The translations under genes were made by a program, and so were the position numbers. Shown piece by piece: positions 10,079-19,830 of a stretch of 64,000 bases of DNA; within the stretch, counting starts at the first letter, position 1, and every line of letters starts with the position of its first letter. The stretch is taken from assembly GCA_963793305.1 (NCBI GenBank), contig CAWBZV010000012.1:160001-224000 (forward strand), in the 5' to 3' direction. The notes under the pieces are model-generated. The model searched no databases and had not been told where the DNA came from. It saw only the letters and a list, made by a program, of their open reading frames with translations. Origin of the DNA: an uncultured Gemmatimonadales bacterium. Lineage in GTDB: Bacteria; Gemmatimonadota; Gemmatimonadetes; Gemmatimonadales; Gemmatimonadaceae.

Positions 10079-11404
10079 ATGCGCCCAACATGGCTGGCCG
10101 TCCTCGCGCTCGCCGGCGGCCTGACGCCGCCCTCGCTGTCGACAGAGGTGGACCGCCTCGCCTCCCAAGTGACGCCAAAAGTGGTCGCCTGGCGGCGCGA
10201 CATTCACCAACATCCCGAGCTCGGGAACCGCGAGTTTCGCACCTCGAAACTCGTGGCCGCGCATCTCCAGTCGCTCGGCCTCGAGGTCCGCTCGGGGCTC
10301 GCGCACACCGGCGTCGTCGGGATCCTCCGCGGCGGCAAACCGGGGCCCGTCGTCGCACTGCGCGCGGACATGGATGCGCTGCCGGTCACCGAGCCGGCCG
10401 GTCTTCCCTTCGCCTCGACGGAGCGAACGACCTACAACGGTCAAGACGTTGGGGTGATGCACGCGTGCGGACACGACAATCACGTGGCGATCTTGATGGG
10501 CGTCGCCGAAGTGCTCTCCGGCGTCAAGCAGCAATTGCCGGGGACCGTGATCTTCTTGTTTCAACCGGCCGAAGAGGGTGTCCCCGAAGGCGAGCAGGGC
10601 GGCGCGAAGCTCATGCTCGAGGAGGGCGCTTTTGATAATCCGAAGCCGAGCGCGGTGTTCGGCCTCCATGTCTGGCCGGGACCGGTCGGCAACATTTCGT
10701 ACTCGCCGCACGCATTCATGGCGAGCTCCGATGCCTTCACGATCATCGTGCATGGTCGCGCCACGCACGGCGCCATCCCATGGGCCGGCGTCGACCCGAT
10801 CGCGATATCGGCGCAGATCGTCACCGGCTTGCAGACGATCGTGAGCCGCCAGGTCAATCTCACGACCGGCGCGGCGATCGTCACGGTGGGCAGCATTCAC
10901 GGCGGCGTGCGCAACAACGTCATCTCCGACAGCGTCGTCATGACTGGCACGCTCCGGGCGTTCGACTCGACCACCCGGCGCATTGTGCGCGAGCGCGTCG
11001 TCCGCGAGGCCGAGTTGATCGCGCAGAGTGGCGGAGGGACGGCCAATGTGAAAATCGGCCAAGGGTATCCGGTAACGGTGAACGACCCGGCGCTGGTCGC
11101 GCGGATGCTGCCGACGTTACGCCGTGTCGTCGGCGACACGAACGTCGTGGAGATTCCGCCGGTGACCGTGTCCGAGGACTTCTCGTACTACGAGCAGCGG
11201 GTGCCCGGGTTTTTCTTTTTCTTGGGCGTCACGTCGCCGGATATCGACTGGCACACCGCGCCCGTGAATCATTCGCCCAAGTTCACCGCGGACGAGAGCG
11301 CGCTGCCGATCGGCGTGCGCGCACTCTCACACCTGGCCATCGATTACCTCACGGCGAGCCCAACAGGATCTTCTCGACTTCCTCGCGTCGGCGCCGGCCA
11401 ATAG
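10079..11404 (+). CDS. M20D amidohydrolase (N-acyl-amino acid hydrolase-like)
   Basis: RRDIHQHPEL, LRADMDALP, MHACGHD, FQPAEEG, SEDF; signal peptide. Confidence 0.92.
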   Translation: MRPTWLAVLALAGGLTPPSLSTEVDRLASQVTPKVVAWRRDIHQHPELGNREFRTSKLVAAHLQSLGLEVRSGLAHTGVVGILRGGKPGPVVALRADMDALPVTEPAGLPFASTERTTYNGQDVGVMHACGHDNHVAILMGVAEVLSGVKQQLPGTVIFLFQPAEEGVPEGEQGGAKLMLEEGAFDNPKPSAVFGLHVWPGPVGNISYSPHAFMASSDAFTIIVHGRATHGAIPWAGVDPIAISAQIVTGLQTIVSRQVNLTTGAAIVTVGSIHGGVRNNVISDSVVMTGTLRAFDSTTRRIVRERVVREAELIAQSGGGTANVKIGQGYPVTVNDPALVARMLPTLRRVVGDTNVVEIPPVTVSEDFSYYEQRVPGFFFFLGVTSPDIDWHTAPVNHSPKFTADESALPIGVRALSHLAIDYLTASPTGSSRLPRVGAGQ

Positions 11405-12113
11405 GGAGCGCGGCGCCGCTCGCCAGCACCGCCACGCGCTCGCCGTTCGGCAAGGTCTTGAGCTCGCGAACGAAGGCCGTGTTCACGATGGCCGTGCGGT
11501 GAACGCGGACGAACCGCGCCGGATCCAGTCGCTGCGCGATGCTCGCCAGCGACTCGCGAATCACGTACTCGCGATCGCTTACGGCGACACGCGCATACAC
11601 GTCATCTGATCGAATGCACTGAATCTCCTCGCAGGGGACGAGGATATCGCGATTGCCAATGCGCACCGCCAGCCGGCGAACCGGCGCCGTCGCTCCGTCG
11701 GCTACGAGGGCGGCCAATCGCCGCGTGAACGTCAGGTCCCGCGCTTCACCCACGCGCCGGCGCGCGTACTCCGTGGCGACGGCGAAACGCTCGGACGTGA
11801 CCGGCTTCATCAAGTAATCGATCGCGTGCACCGTGAAGGCCTTGAGCGCGAACGCATCGTAGGCCGTGACGAAAATGACCGGTGGCATCCGCTCGACCCC
11901 CCATTCGCGGACGACGCCGAATCCATCCAGCTCGGGCATCTGGACGTCGAGAAATACGAGATCCGGCTCGAGGGTCGCGAGTGCGTGCAGGGCCTCTTTC
12001 CCATCGCGGCACTCGCCGATTGGCCTCAAATCAGGGTGCTCAGCGATGAGCTGCAACAACGCCCGACGCGACAGCGGCTCATCGTCGACGACCAGCACAC
12101 GCATATCAGGCAT
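11349..12113 (-). CDS. LytTR family response regulator
   Basis: VVDDEP, FLDVQMP, FVTAYD, DYLMKP, FVRVHR. Confidence 0.93.
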   Translation of the reverse strand: MPDMRVLVVDDEPLSRRALLQLIAEHPDLRPIGECRDGKEALHALATLEPDLVFLDVQMPELDGFGVVREWGVERMPPVIFVTAYDAFALKAFTVHAIDYLMKPVTSERFAVATEYARRRVGEARDLTFTRRLAALVADGATAPVRRLAVRIGNRDILVPCEEIQCIRSDDVYARVAVSDREYVIRESLASIAQRLDPARFVRVHRTAIVNTAFVRELKTLPNGERVAVLASGAALPIGRRRREEVEKILLGSP

Positions 12114-13107
12114 AGGCGAGCGGCAATGTGATCGTCGCTATTGCCCCCGGCTTCCCTTCACCCAATTCGACTGTCGCATCGCCATACAATCGCCGGAGGC
12201 GCTCTCTGGTATTCGCCAACCCTAAACCCCCGTTGCCATTCCCGTTGGGGCCGGGTCCGTCGTCACTGACCGTCAGGATGAGGCGACCGGCCTCCCGTCT
12301 CGCGGCGATCTCTATGCGCCCGGCTTCTGTACGCTTGGCAATCCCGTGTCGAATCGCGTTCTCGACTATTGGCTGCAACACGAATGTCGGCACCCGTGCG
12401 TTTCTCAACTCGGCCGGCACACTCCAGGTCACCCGCAGCCGGTCCGAGAACCGTACTTCCATAATGCCGAGATATTGCTCGATGAACGTTATCTCTTCGC
12501 CGAGCGAGACCTCGTGCGCCGCATTGGCCGTGAGGACCGAGCGCAGGAGATCGCTCAGCCGCGCGAGCGTCGCGAGCGCACGCTTGGTTTCCTGGTCTCG
12601 CACCAGCGCGGTGATCGCGTTCAGGGTGTTGAACAAAAAGTGCGGCTGGATCTGCGCACGGAGCGCGCCAAGCTGGGCGACCGCGAGCTCCTCGCGAAAG
12701 ACGAGCGCGTACCCGATGCCGAGAACGCCGAAATAAGACAGCATGATGAGCGGCAGGCCGCTCAGCCACCAATCCAGGATGTAGATCGGCAATGCCTGCC
12801 GGGCCCGTCCGGTGGCCACGGACAGGAACGCCGCGACCGACGCGTAGAGCGTGCCGGCCACCAGGCTGGCCACCACATGGACGGCGACCGCGCTGGGACG
12901 AAGGCCGCGGTCGAGCGGAAACCGCCGTCCCAGGTGGAAGATCACCGGCGTCAATGCAGCCCATACGTACCATGGCGGGACCTCCGACAGGAGGACCCGC
13001 CACAAGGCCGTGCTGTGACCATTTTGCGCCAAGAACATTTCCGTTTCGAACACGGACAGGAGCGCAGGCACCGTCCAGATCGCGAGCACGACCCGCCAGC
13101 GGAGCAT
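12106..13107 (-). CDS. LytS/YehU-type sensor histidine kinase
   Basis: TM region then AQIQPHFLFNTLN, QPIVENAIRHG, DDGPG, GLGLAN. Confidence 0.92.
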   Translation of the reverse strand: MLRWRVVLAIWTVPALLSVFETEMFLAQNGHSTALWRVLLSEVPPWYVWAALTPVIFHLGRRFPLDRGLRPSAVAVHVVASLVAGTLYASVAAFLSVATGRARQALPIYILDWWLSGLPLIMLSYFGVLGIGYALVFREELAVAQLGALRAQIQPHFLFNTLNAITALVRDQETKRALATLARLSDLLRSVLTANAAHEVSLGEEITFIEQYLGIMEVRFSDRLRVTWSVPAELRNARVPTFVLQPIVENAIRHGIAKRTEAGRIEIAARREAGRLILTVSDDGPGPNGNGNGGLGLANTRERLRRLYGDATVELGEGKPGAIATITLPLAYA

Positions 13108-13160
13108 ACTGAGAAGATACACTTGCGCCCGCCGTCCCCTAGTCAAATACTGGGGGTCCC

Positions 13161-13601
13161 TTGACTACCGAGACTGACCAGGAATTCTGGTCGCCGCTCA
13201 CCCCGCGCGACCCGATCACCGGTTTCCCCATCGCCTCCCGGGCGGGCCCGCTGGTCTTCGTGGCCGGCGTATCGGGCCTCGACACCCGGGGATCGGGGAG
13301 ACCACCGCTGGATACGCGCGGCCAGTGCCATCACGCGCTCGAAACACTGCGTCTGGTGCTGGCCACCGTCGACGTGTCCCTCGCCGACGTGTGCCTGATG
13401 ACGATCTACATCGCGAGCGAGGCGGACCGCCAGGAAGTCGTCGTGACCATGCGGGCCGCCTTTATCCCACGGCTGCCGGCGGCCACGTTCTTCGTCGTCC
13501 CACTCAAGCCCGATGAGCGCGTGCGGATCTCCGCGACCGCCGTCCGGGGCGAGGTCGTCGCCGGCGCACGCCGCAAACGCGTGCTCGGCACGCTCACGTA
13601 A
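13161..13601 (+). CDS. Divergent Rid/YjgF-fold protein lacking the catalytic Arg
   Basis: AGPLVFVAG, QCHHALETL..VL, PAAT in place of PAR. Confidence 0.65.
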   Translation: MTTETDQEFWSPLTPRDPITGFPIASRAGPLVFVAGVSGLDTRGSGRPPLDTRGQCHHALETLRLVLATVDVSLADVCLMTIYIASEADRQEVVVTMRAAFIPRLPAATFFVVPLKPDERVRISATAVRGEVVAGARRKRVLGTLT

Positions 13602-13612
13602 TCGGCGCCGTC

Positions 13613-14407
13613 GTGACGGACGCGCTGGTGGTGCTCATCCATGCGATTGCCACGCGCGCGCGCGCGGCGGTCGGGGCGCTCTTTTCCGTCGTTGCCGCGA
13701 TTGGCCGATTGGTGCGCAGCGCGGCGGCGCCGTCGAGCGCCGGATGGCTCATGCGGCGCGTCGCGGTGCAGCAGTTGCGATTCACGGCCGTCCAGGCCAT
13801 CCCACTCGTCGCGGCCGTCGCCGCATGTCTGGGTGCGACGGTGACCCTCGAAGCCCACGCCCGGGCCGCCCAGTTGGGACTGTCGGAGACCGTCGCCCGA
13901 ACACTCGGCGTCCTGGTCGTGCGCGACGCCGGACCGCTCCTCGCGGCGGTCATCGTCACGGCCCGCTCCGGTACCGCGATCGCCGCCGAGCTCGCGACCA
14001 GTCGCCTGCTCGGCGAGACCGATGCGCTCGCCGGCATGGGCGTCGACCTCGTGCAGTTCTATGTCATCCCGCGCATCGTCGGCGTCGCCATCGCGACCGC
14101 ACTGCTGACGGTGTACTTCGTCGCGATCACCTTGGGCGTCGCGGTCGCGATGGCGTCGCTCAGGGGCATCGCGACCGTCGCCGCGTACACCGACACGTTG
14201 CGCGGCGTGCTCCGGCCCGATGACCTCTTTTGGTCGGCCGTACGAGGTGGCGCGTTCGGCGCGGGCGTCGCGTGGCTCAGCGCCGCCGTGGGTCTGCGTG
14301 GGCGCGGCGGTCAGGCGGACGTCCCTCGCGCGGTGACGCATGCGGCGGTCCGTTCGATCATGCTGCTCGCGGTGACGACGGCGGTGTTCGTGGCCATCTG
14401 GTCATGA
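13613..14407 (+). CDS. mlaE: MlaE-family ABC permease
   Basis: VRDAGPLLAAVIVTARSGTAIAAEL...GETDALAGMGVD...VIPRIVG. Confidence 0.85.
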   Translation: MTDALVVLIHAIATRARAAVGALFSVVAAIGRLVRSAAAPSSAGWLMRRVAVQQLRFTAVQAIPLVAAVAACLGATVTLEAHARAAQLGLSETVARTLGVLVVRDAGPLLAAVIVTARSGTAIAAELATSRLLGETDALAGMGVDLVQFYVIPRIVGVAIATALLTVYFVAITLGVAVAMASLRGIATVAAYTDTLRGVLRPDDLFWSAVRGGAFGAGVAWLSAAVGLRGRGGQADVPRAVTHAAVRSIMLLAVTTAVFVAIWS

Positions 14408-15063
14408 CGGCGATTCGGCTGCGCGGTGTCTGTCCCGCCGATGATACCGAGTGGTGCCGGCCAACCGATATCGAGATCGCCGACGGCGCGTTTTTCGTGA
14501 TTCGCACGACGCCGAATCGGGCGCGGCGCCTGGCACGATTCGTCCTCGGCCTCGACGAGCCGGCCGAAGGGACGGTCGAAGTCCTCGGGCTCGAGTTGCA
14601 CACCGCGAGCCGCGCGGGATTGGACCGCGTCCGTCGCTCCGTCGGCAGCGTCTTGCAGCCTGACGGGCTCATGGGCACGTTCACGCTCGAAGCCAACCTC
14701 GCCCTGGCGGCTTCCGTGCGCGGAGCACTGCACGCGGGCGCTTCGCGCACCGCCGCCCGCGAGATGCTCGGGCGGTGTGGACTGGCCGAGATCGCGAGAA
14801 CGCGGCCCGGGGCGTTGTCACCCGACGTGCGCGAGACGGCCGCTCTGGCGCGGGCGCTGGTGTGCCGACCGGCGATGGTCGTGCTCGACGATCCCATTTC
14901 GGCCGTCAAGTCTCGCACGGCGTTCGAGCTATACCAGCTCTGCCGGGAAATCGCGCGCACGGTCGTGATCCTCACGCATCGCCGCAACGACGCGCTCTAT
15001 GATCTCGCGGACGTCGTCGCGCTCTGGGACTCCGAGGGATTCCGGACCGATGCCGCGGCTTGA
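14404..15063 (+). CDS. MlaF-like ABC ATP-binding subunit with degenerate catalytic motifs
   Basis: ABC scaffold (LGLDEPAEGTVEVLG, Q-loop, ALARAL..P..VVLDDP, LTH); Walker A replaced by RTTPNRAR and signature by LSPD. Confidence 0.8.
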   Translation: MTAIRLRGVCPADDTEWCRPTDIEIADGAFFVIRTTPNRARRLARFVLGLDEPAEGTVEVLGLELHTASRAGLDRVRRSVGSVLQPDGLMGTFTLEANLALAASVRGALHAGASRTAAREMLGRCGLAEIARTRPGALSPDVRETAALARALVCRPAMVVLDDPISAVKSRTAFELYQLCREIARTVVILTHRRNDALYDLADVVALWDSEGFRTDAAA

Positions 15064-15940
15064 TAAGGGCGACATTGTGGTCGGCCTCGCCGTGCTCGTG
15101 GCGTTCGGCCTCGCCGCTGGCGCGATGGTGTGGTTGTCGTCGCCCCTGAGAAGAGACACCGGAGCGGGGTCGCTGTACACAGAGTTCCCCGAGCTGGCGA
15201 ACCTCTCGGTGCAGAATGCCGTGATGCTCAAGGGCTTCAAGATCGGAGCGGTCGACGAGATCACGCCTCGCATTTCGTCCAACGGCAATCTCGTGTTTCG
15301 CGTGCGGATGAGCATCCAATGGCGCCTCGCCGATAGCACACGATTGCCGCTGACCACGGGGACGCTGGCCCATCTGGAGCCACCGCCAGTGGTGGGAGAT
15401 CCGTCGATCGTGCTCTATCTGCCGCCGGCCGGCGGACGGCTGCTCGCGCCTGGCGCAACGATCGACGGGACCGTCGGGATATCGCCTATCACCGAAGTCG
15501 TTGCGCTCGCCGATAGTCTCGAGAGCCAACTCAAGCTCACGCTCGGCAAAACCCGCGGCGTGCTCGACTCGCTCTCCATGGCGGCGGGCCTCGCCGCGCA
15601 CGGCGTGCGGTCGACCAATACGGCGATCCCGGTCGTCGTCGCGGGCATCTCCCGCGACATCGCGACGCTGGACAGCGCGATCGCCAGCCTCCGTGGCGTC
15701 ATGGGTCCGACGGCAGCGACGGCGGACTCCGCGCGCGCACTGCTCGGTGCGTCGCGCCGCGCGATCGACCAGCTATCGGGGTCGGTCCAGGGCCACGACG
15801 CGAACATCGCCCGCATCATCGCCAACCTCGACACGACGTTGGCCCTGCTGCAGGACTTCGTGCGTCAGATCGAGGCCAAGCCCACGCGCTTACTGACTGG
15901 CGTGACGCCGGCCCCGAAGTTCAACCGGCCGATCCACTAG
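15050..15940 (+). CDS. mlaD: MCE/MlaD family protein with helical extension
   Basis: N-terminal TM, V.LKGFKIGAVDEI MCE motif, coiled-coil tail ending P..LL.G. Confidence 0.85.
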   Translation: MPRLDKGDIVVGLAVLVAFGLAAGAMVWLSSPLRRDTGAGSLYTEFPELANLSVQNAVMLKGFKIGAVDEITPRISSNGNLVFRVRMSIQWRLADSTRLPLTTGTLAHLEPPPVVGDPSIVLYLPPAGGRLLAPGATIDGTVGISPITEVVALADSLESQLKLTLGKTRGVLDSLSMAAGLAAHGVRSTNTAIPVVVAGISRDIATLDSAIASLRGVMGPTAATADSARALLGASRRAIDQLSGSVQGHDANIARIIANLDTTLALLQDFVRQIEAKPTRLLTGVTPAPKFNRPIH

Positions 15941-16266
15941 GTCCGTTCGACCGCGATCGCCGTCCCGTAGCACAACACTTCGGTCGTCCCCCGCAACACC
16001 TCGGTCGCGTCGTAGCGCACGCCGATCACCGCGTTGGCGCCCATCTCGTCGGCGTGTCGACACATGATCTCGAACGCCTCGATGCGGGTCCGCTCGCAGA
16101 GCTGCGTAAACAGCGTGATGTTTCCGCCGATCAGCGTCTGCAACGAGCCGCCGATCGTGCCGAACACCGACCGTGACCGGACCGTGATGCCGCGCACGAT
16201 GCCGAGCGTGCGCACCGTCCGGAAGCCTTCCAGCGAGAACGCCGTCGTCGTCATCTGAACGTCCAT
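15937..16266 (-). CDS. ybjQ: YbjQ/UPF0145 family protein
   Basis: GIVRGITVRSRS, GANAVIGVRYD, EVLCYGTA. Confidence 0.9.
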   Translation of the reverse strand: MDVQMTTTAFSLEGFRTVRTLGIVRGITVRSRSVFGTIGGSLQTLIGGNITLFTQLCERTRIEAFEIMCRHADEMGANAVIGVRYDATEVLRGTTEVLCYGTAIAVERT

Positions 16267-16270
16267 GTCG

Positions 16271-17584
16271 TCACCTGTCGAATGCGAGGCGTATTGGTGC
16301 GAGCTTGCCGCTCATCGTGATCTCGACCGCGGGCGCGGGATCACCACCGGCCGCGATTTGGGCTGCCGTGTACTCGCCGATGATGCCGAAATCGAACCCG
16401 GAGAACCAGAGGTCGCCACTGTCGTCGAACGCGACGCCAGTGACGTAGTCATGGAACGAGTGTGGGCCCTCGGGCGGCGTGAAGAAACGGACGACCTGCG
16501 GCGATCCCGTCGATGTGAGTGCGCTGGCTGCGATCTCGTAGATGCCTTGGCCGGCGACCCACAGGTTGCCTTGGTTGTCGAACGCGAGGCCCGTCGGCGT
16601 GACGATGGAACTGTCGCTCGTGGGATTTGGTAAGGCCGGCGTGAGGGTGACGGCGGGCGTCGGAGTGCCGGATGCCGTGACTTGGGCCGCCGAATACTCG
16701 ATGACGTTCCCGGTAAACTGCTGAGCGATCCAGAGATTGCCCGACGCATTGATTGCGATGCCAATGGGATTGTTGCCATTCTGGAAGTTCGCATGCTCGG
16801 GCGGACCGTCGTGGATCGTCACGGTGGGCGAGGCGGTGCCGCTGACGAGCTGTCCTGGCGTCAGCTCGATGATCGTACCGGCCCACTGGTTGACGACCCA
16901 CAGGTTGTGATGGGCGTCGAAGCGCAGCGCGATCGGCCCGGCACTGTCGCTCGGCATCGTGATGGTGATGGCCGGCGTCGGGCCGCCCGATGTCGCCAAC
17001 TGCGCGGGCGTGAGCTCGACGACGGTATTGGAGTTCTGGTTCGCGATCCAGAGATTCCCGGCACTGTCGAACACCGCGTCACTGGCATCGAGGTTATAGC
17101 TGGCCGTCGTCGCCAACGTCAACGTCGTGACTGGCGTCGGCGCGCCGGTCGAGCGCAGCTGCGCGGCGCTGTACGACTGAGCGGCACTCGGAATCCCACC
17201 GTTCACGTACGGGAAGCCGCCGACGACCCACGCGGCGCCGCTACCTGGCCGGACGGCATAGGTCACGGTGGCCGTCGCCGTGGCGCTCGCGGTGACCAAC
17301 GCCGGGCTGCCCATGACCGTCGCGACATACGCGGCCGGAACGATCGAATCGTGGCCCAGTACTGTCGCGGCGCTGACGGTGTAGCTGCCGGGTGGCAGCC
17401 CGGTCAACGTCGTCGTCGCTGTCACGGTCTTGCTGTACGACTGCGGTCCGGCAACAACGACGGATGGCGTCGTGCCGGCCGGCGCCGTGATCGTCACGGT
17501 CAGGCTCCCGGAGCCGGGACTGGTGCTATTCGACGACGAGCACGCGGCCAAGATCCCACACAACAGAAGAGTGCGGAGACGCAT
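16271..17584 (-). CDS. Lipoprotein with Ig-like domain and NHL-repeat beta-propeller
   Basis: Lipobox LAAC; repeated FDxxGNLW units each followed by E(L/Y)xxxQL...PxVTI. Confidence 0.8.
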   Translation of the reverse strand: MRLRTLLLCGILAACSSSNSTSPGSGSLTVTITAPAGTTPSVVVAGPQSYSKTVTATTTLTGLPPGSYTVSAATVLGHDSIVPAAYVATVMGSPALVTASATATATVTYAVRPGSGAAWVVGGFPYVNGGIPSAAQSYSAAQLRSTGAPTPVTTLTLATTASYNLDASDAVFDSAGNLWIANQNSNTVVELTPAQLATSGGPTPAITITMPSDSAGPIALRFDAHHNLWVVNQWAGTIIELTPGQLVSGTASPTVTIHDGPPEHANFQNGNNPIGIAINASGNLWIAQQFTGNVIEYSAAQVTASGTPTPAVTLTPALPNPTSDSSIVTPTGLAFDNQGNLWVAGQGIYEIAASALTSTGSPQVVRFFTPPEGPHSFHDYVTGVAFDDSGDLWFSGFDFGIIGEYTAAQIAAGGDPAPAVEITMSGKLAPIRLAFDR

Positions 17585-17630
17585 GTCCAAATACTGGCGC
17601 CACCGTCGCCCGCTCGCCACTTTCCGTTAC

Positions 17631-18005
17631 ATGACCTCCAAGACGAGTGCGACCTGGTTTCGCTGGAACGACATGCCGAAGGAGACGCTGTCGGACACTC
17701 TCGCGCGCCGACTGATCACGGGCGATCAGATGATGCTGGCGCACGTGTACCTCAAGAAGGGCTGCGTGGTGCCGAAGCACTCGCATCACAACGAGCAACT
17801 CACCTACATCCTCGAAGGTGCGCTCCAGTTTACGCTCGGCGAGAATCAGGACGAGCAGGTGCTGGTCAAGGCAGGCGAGGTGCTGCTGATCCCGTCGAAT
17901 TTGCCGCACATGGCGGTCGCGGTCGAGGATACGCTCAACGTCAACGTCTTTTCGCCGCCGCGGCAGGACTGGATCGACAAGACCGACTCCTATCTCCGCC
18001 GCTAG
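17631..18005 (+). CDS. Cupin domain protein
   Basis: HSHHNEQLTYILEG...IPSNLPH...FSPPRQDW. Confidence 0.9.
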   Translation: MTSKTSATWFRWNDMPKETLSDTLARRLITGDQMMLAHVYLKKGCVVPKHSHHNEQLTYILEGALQFTLGENQDEQVLVKAGEVLLIPSNLPHMAVAVEDTLNVNVFSPPRQDWIDKTDSYLRR

Positions 18006-18467
18006 AATCGTCTTTGCCGCCCCGGCCAGCGGGTCGGGAAAACCACCGTCGATGCCCTGCTCGACATCGCGCGGTCAGCGCCCTCGCTGAATGTCGATGT
18101 ACCGCCCGCGGTCGTCTCGGGCCCACGCGCCGTGATCGGAGTCGCGAGGGATACCGCGTTCAGTTTCGGCGGATATCCCGAGCTGCACGCCGCGGCCTTG
18201 TCGGCCAATACGACGATGATCGCGGCGGTCCGCGCATTCCGTGGGCGGATCTACGCTGAATGCGGAGGTCTCATGTATCTCTGCGAAGGCATGGCGGGAG
18301 TCATTCCGGCCGTCGCCGAGATGAGCCCGAAGCTGACGCTGGGATATCGTGAGCTCGAGGCGCTGGCGGACTCGCCGCTGGCGGTCGCCGGGCAGCGGTT
18401 GCGGGGGCACGAGTTTCATTACTCGACGATCACGAGTCGTCAACCCTTGCCACCCGCGAACGGTTAG
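18004..18467 (+). pseudogene. cbiA: Internally deleted cobyrinate a,c-diamide synthase relic
   Basis: [13 protein letters not shown](TTV) P-loop joined to [47 protein letters not shown]; no start codon; about 1/3 of normal length. Confidence 0.8.
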
Positions 18468-18525
18468 TTAACGCCGCGCAAAGACCGGTCGTCTGAAGGG
18501 GAACATCACCCTAAAGGAGACCCAA

Positions 18526-19287
18526 GTGCCGAGGAACATTTGCGCTGTGCTCGTTTTGATCACTGTTGCGGGTTGTAGTGGGAGTACTGGCCCCGCAGGC
18601 CCTGCAGGCCCGGCTCTCACCGGAGCGTGGACAGGCTTCGTATCCCTCCACGACGAGTACGGCGGGCCGCTGGCGAGCGACTCCGGGGTCACGGTGACAG
18701 CCTCGCCTGGCACCGCCTCCAGTGTCACGACGGCGGATGGCGCCTGGACCCTCTCGGGCCTCAAGACGGGCGTCTATACCGTGACGTTCGCGGGGTCGGG
18801 CATGGGCACGTTTATTCGTGATGCCGGGCAGTTCGTCGGCGGCGGTACCATTGAAATCGCGACCGTGAACTTCTCGCAACAGTCGACGGGTGTCATCATC
18901 AACCTGGCGCTCGCGTTCAATGCGGCGCAGGACACGTTGTACGCCACGGGAACGGTCAATCAGCCGGCCGTTACCGGCTATCCGCGATACATTCGCCTCT
19001 TCTATAGCGGCTCGGCCAGCGTCGGCCCGGCCGTCGCGAATTACACCGTGACCGGCCCGGTCGCCGGTACCGCGTACCGTGTGGTGCACACGAACTTCTC
19101 GATCGCGATTACCGGCGCCGACCTCGCCGGGTTGCAGCACGCGTTCGCGTCGGGCTCGACGGTCAACGCGGTCGCCTACGGAGACAGTTTTTACAACAAC
19201 TCGTACACCGATACGACGACCGGCAAAACGGTGTACCCGAACGTCGGCCCCACGGCTTCCAACGTAGTCCAGTTCGTGATGCCCTAG
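18526..19287 (+). CDS. Lipoprotein with carboxypeptidase-regulatory-like (transthyretin-like) domain; paralog of 52199-52963
   Basis: AAGGAG RBS; lipobox VAGC; GPAGPAGPA; TTADGAWTLSGLKTGVYTVTF. Confidence 0.8.
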   Translation: MPRNICAVLVLITVAGCSGSTGPAGPAGPALTGAWTGFVSLHDEYGGPLASDSGVTVTASPGTASSVTTADGAWTLSGLKTGVYTVTFAGSGMGTFIRDAGQFVGGGTIEIATVNFSQQSTGVIINLALAFNAAQDTLYATGTVNQPAVTGYPRYIRLFYSGSASVGPAVANYTVTGPVAGTAYRVVHTNFSIAITGADLAGLQHAFASGSTVNAVAYGDSFYNNSYTDTTTGKTVYPNVGPTASNVVQFVMP

Positions 19288-19299
19288 TACGTTTCGGAT

Positions 19300-19830
19300 G
19301 TGATACAAGAAGGCGCCTGGTTCGACCGAACATGGACGTTCGAGTTGCCAGTGACGGCGTTCCCTGCCGTGCTGGAGCGCCTGCGAGGGACGGCAGCGAG
19401 AATGGCGGAGCTGATCGCGGGGGCGACCGACGATCAGCTCCGCTGGCACGATCCCAACGCCTGGTCGACGAAACGCCACTTGGGGCATCTCGACGATCTG
19501 CATGCGCTCGATGAGCGTCGCCTGCGCGAATATCGAGCCGGCGCCGCAACCCTCTCGGCGGCTGATCGCGCGAATCGCCTCACCTACGAGACCGATCACG
19601 ATGCGATGGCAGCCCCGGCGATCATCGCGCGTTTTCGCGCGCATCGGGCCGGGTTGGTAGCCGAGATGGATGCGCTGTCGGAAGCACAGATCGCGGCGAC
19701 CGCGCTACACCCGCGGCTCCAACGCCAATTGCGTCTCATCGATTGGGCGTATTTCGTGGCCGAGCACGATGACCATCATTTGGCGGCGGCCAGGCAAGCT
19801 CTCACGAAATCGGTCTTGGCCACAGCGTAG
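19300..19830 (+). CDS. DinB/YfiT-like protein
   Basis: WSTKRHLGHL.D...AEHDDHH. Confidence 0.85.
   Translation: MIQEGAWFDRTWTFELPVTAFPAVLERLRGTAARMAELIAGATDDQLRWHDPNAWSTKRHLGHLDDLHALDERRLREYRAGAATLSAADRANRLTYETDHDAMAAPAIIARFRAHRAGLVAEMDALSEAQIAATALHPRLQRQLRLIDWAYFVAEHDDHHLAAARQALTKSVLATA

Noticed and set aside
16300..17200. Periodic repeats within the NHL lipoprotein and the BNR protein (48990-52175)
   Set aside because: Protein-level propeller repeats, not DNA repeat arrays
18468..18525. CGCAAAGACCGGTCGTCTGAAG resembles the GEMM junction; a cobalamin riboswitch near the cbiA relic was also considered
   Set aside because: No upstream GGCAAA/GAAA-tetraloop stem and no B12 box; too little space
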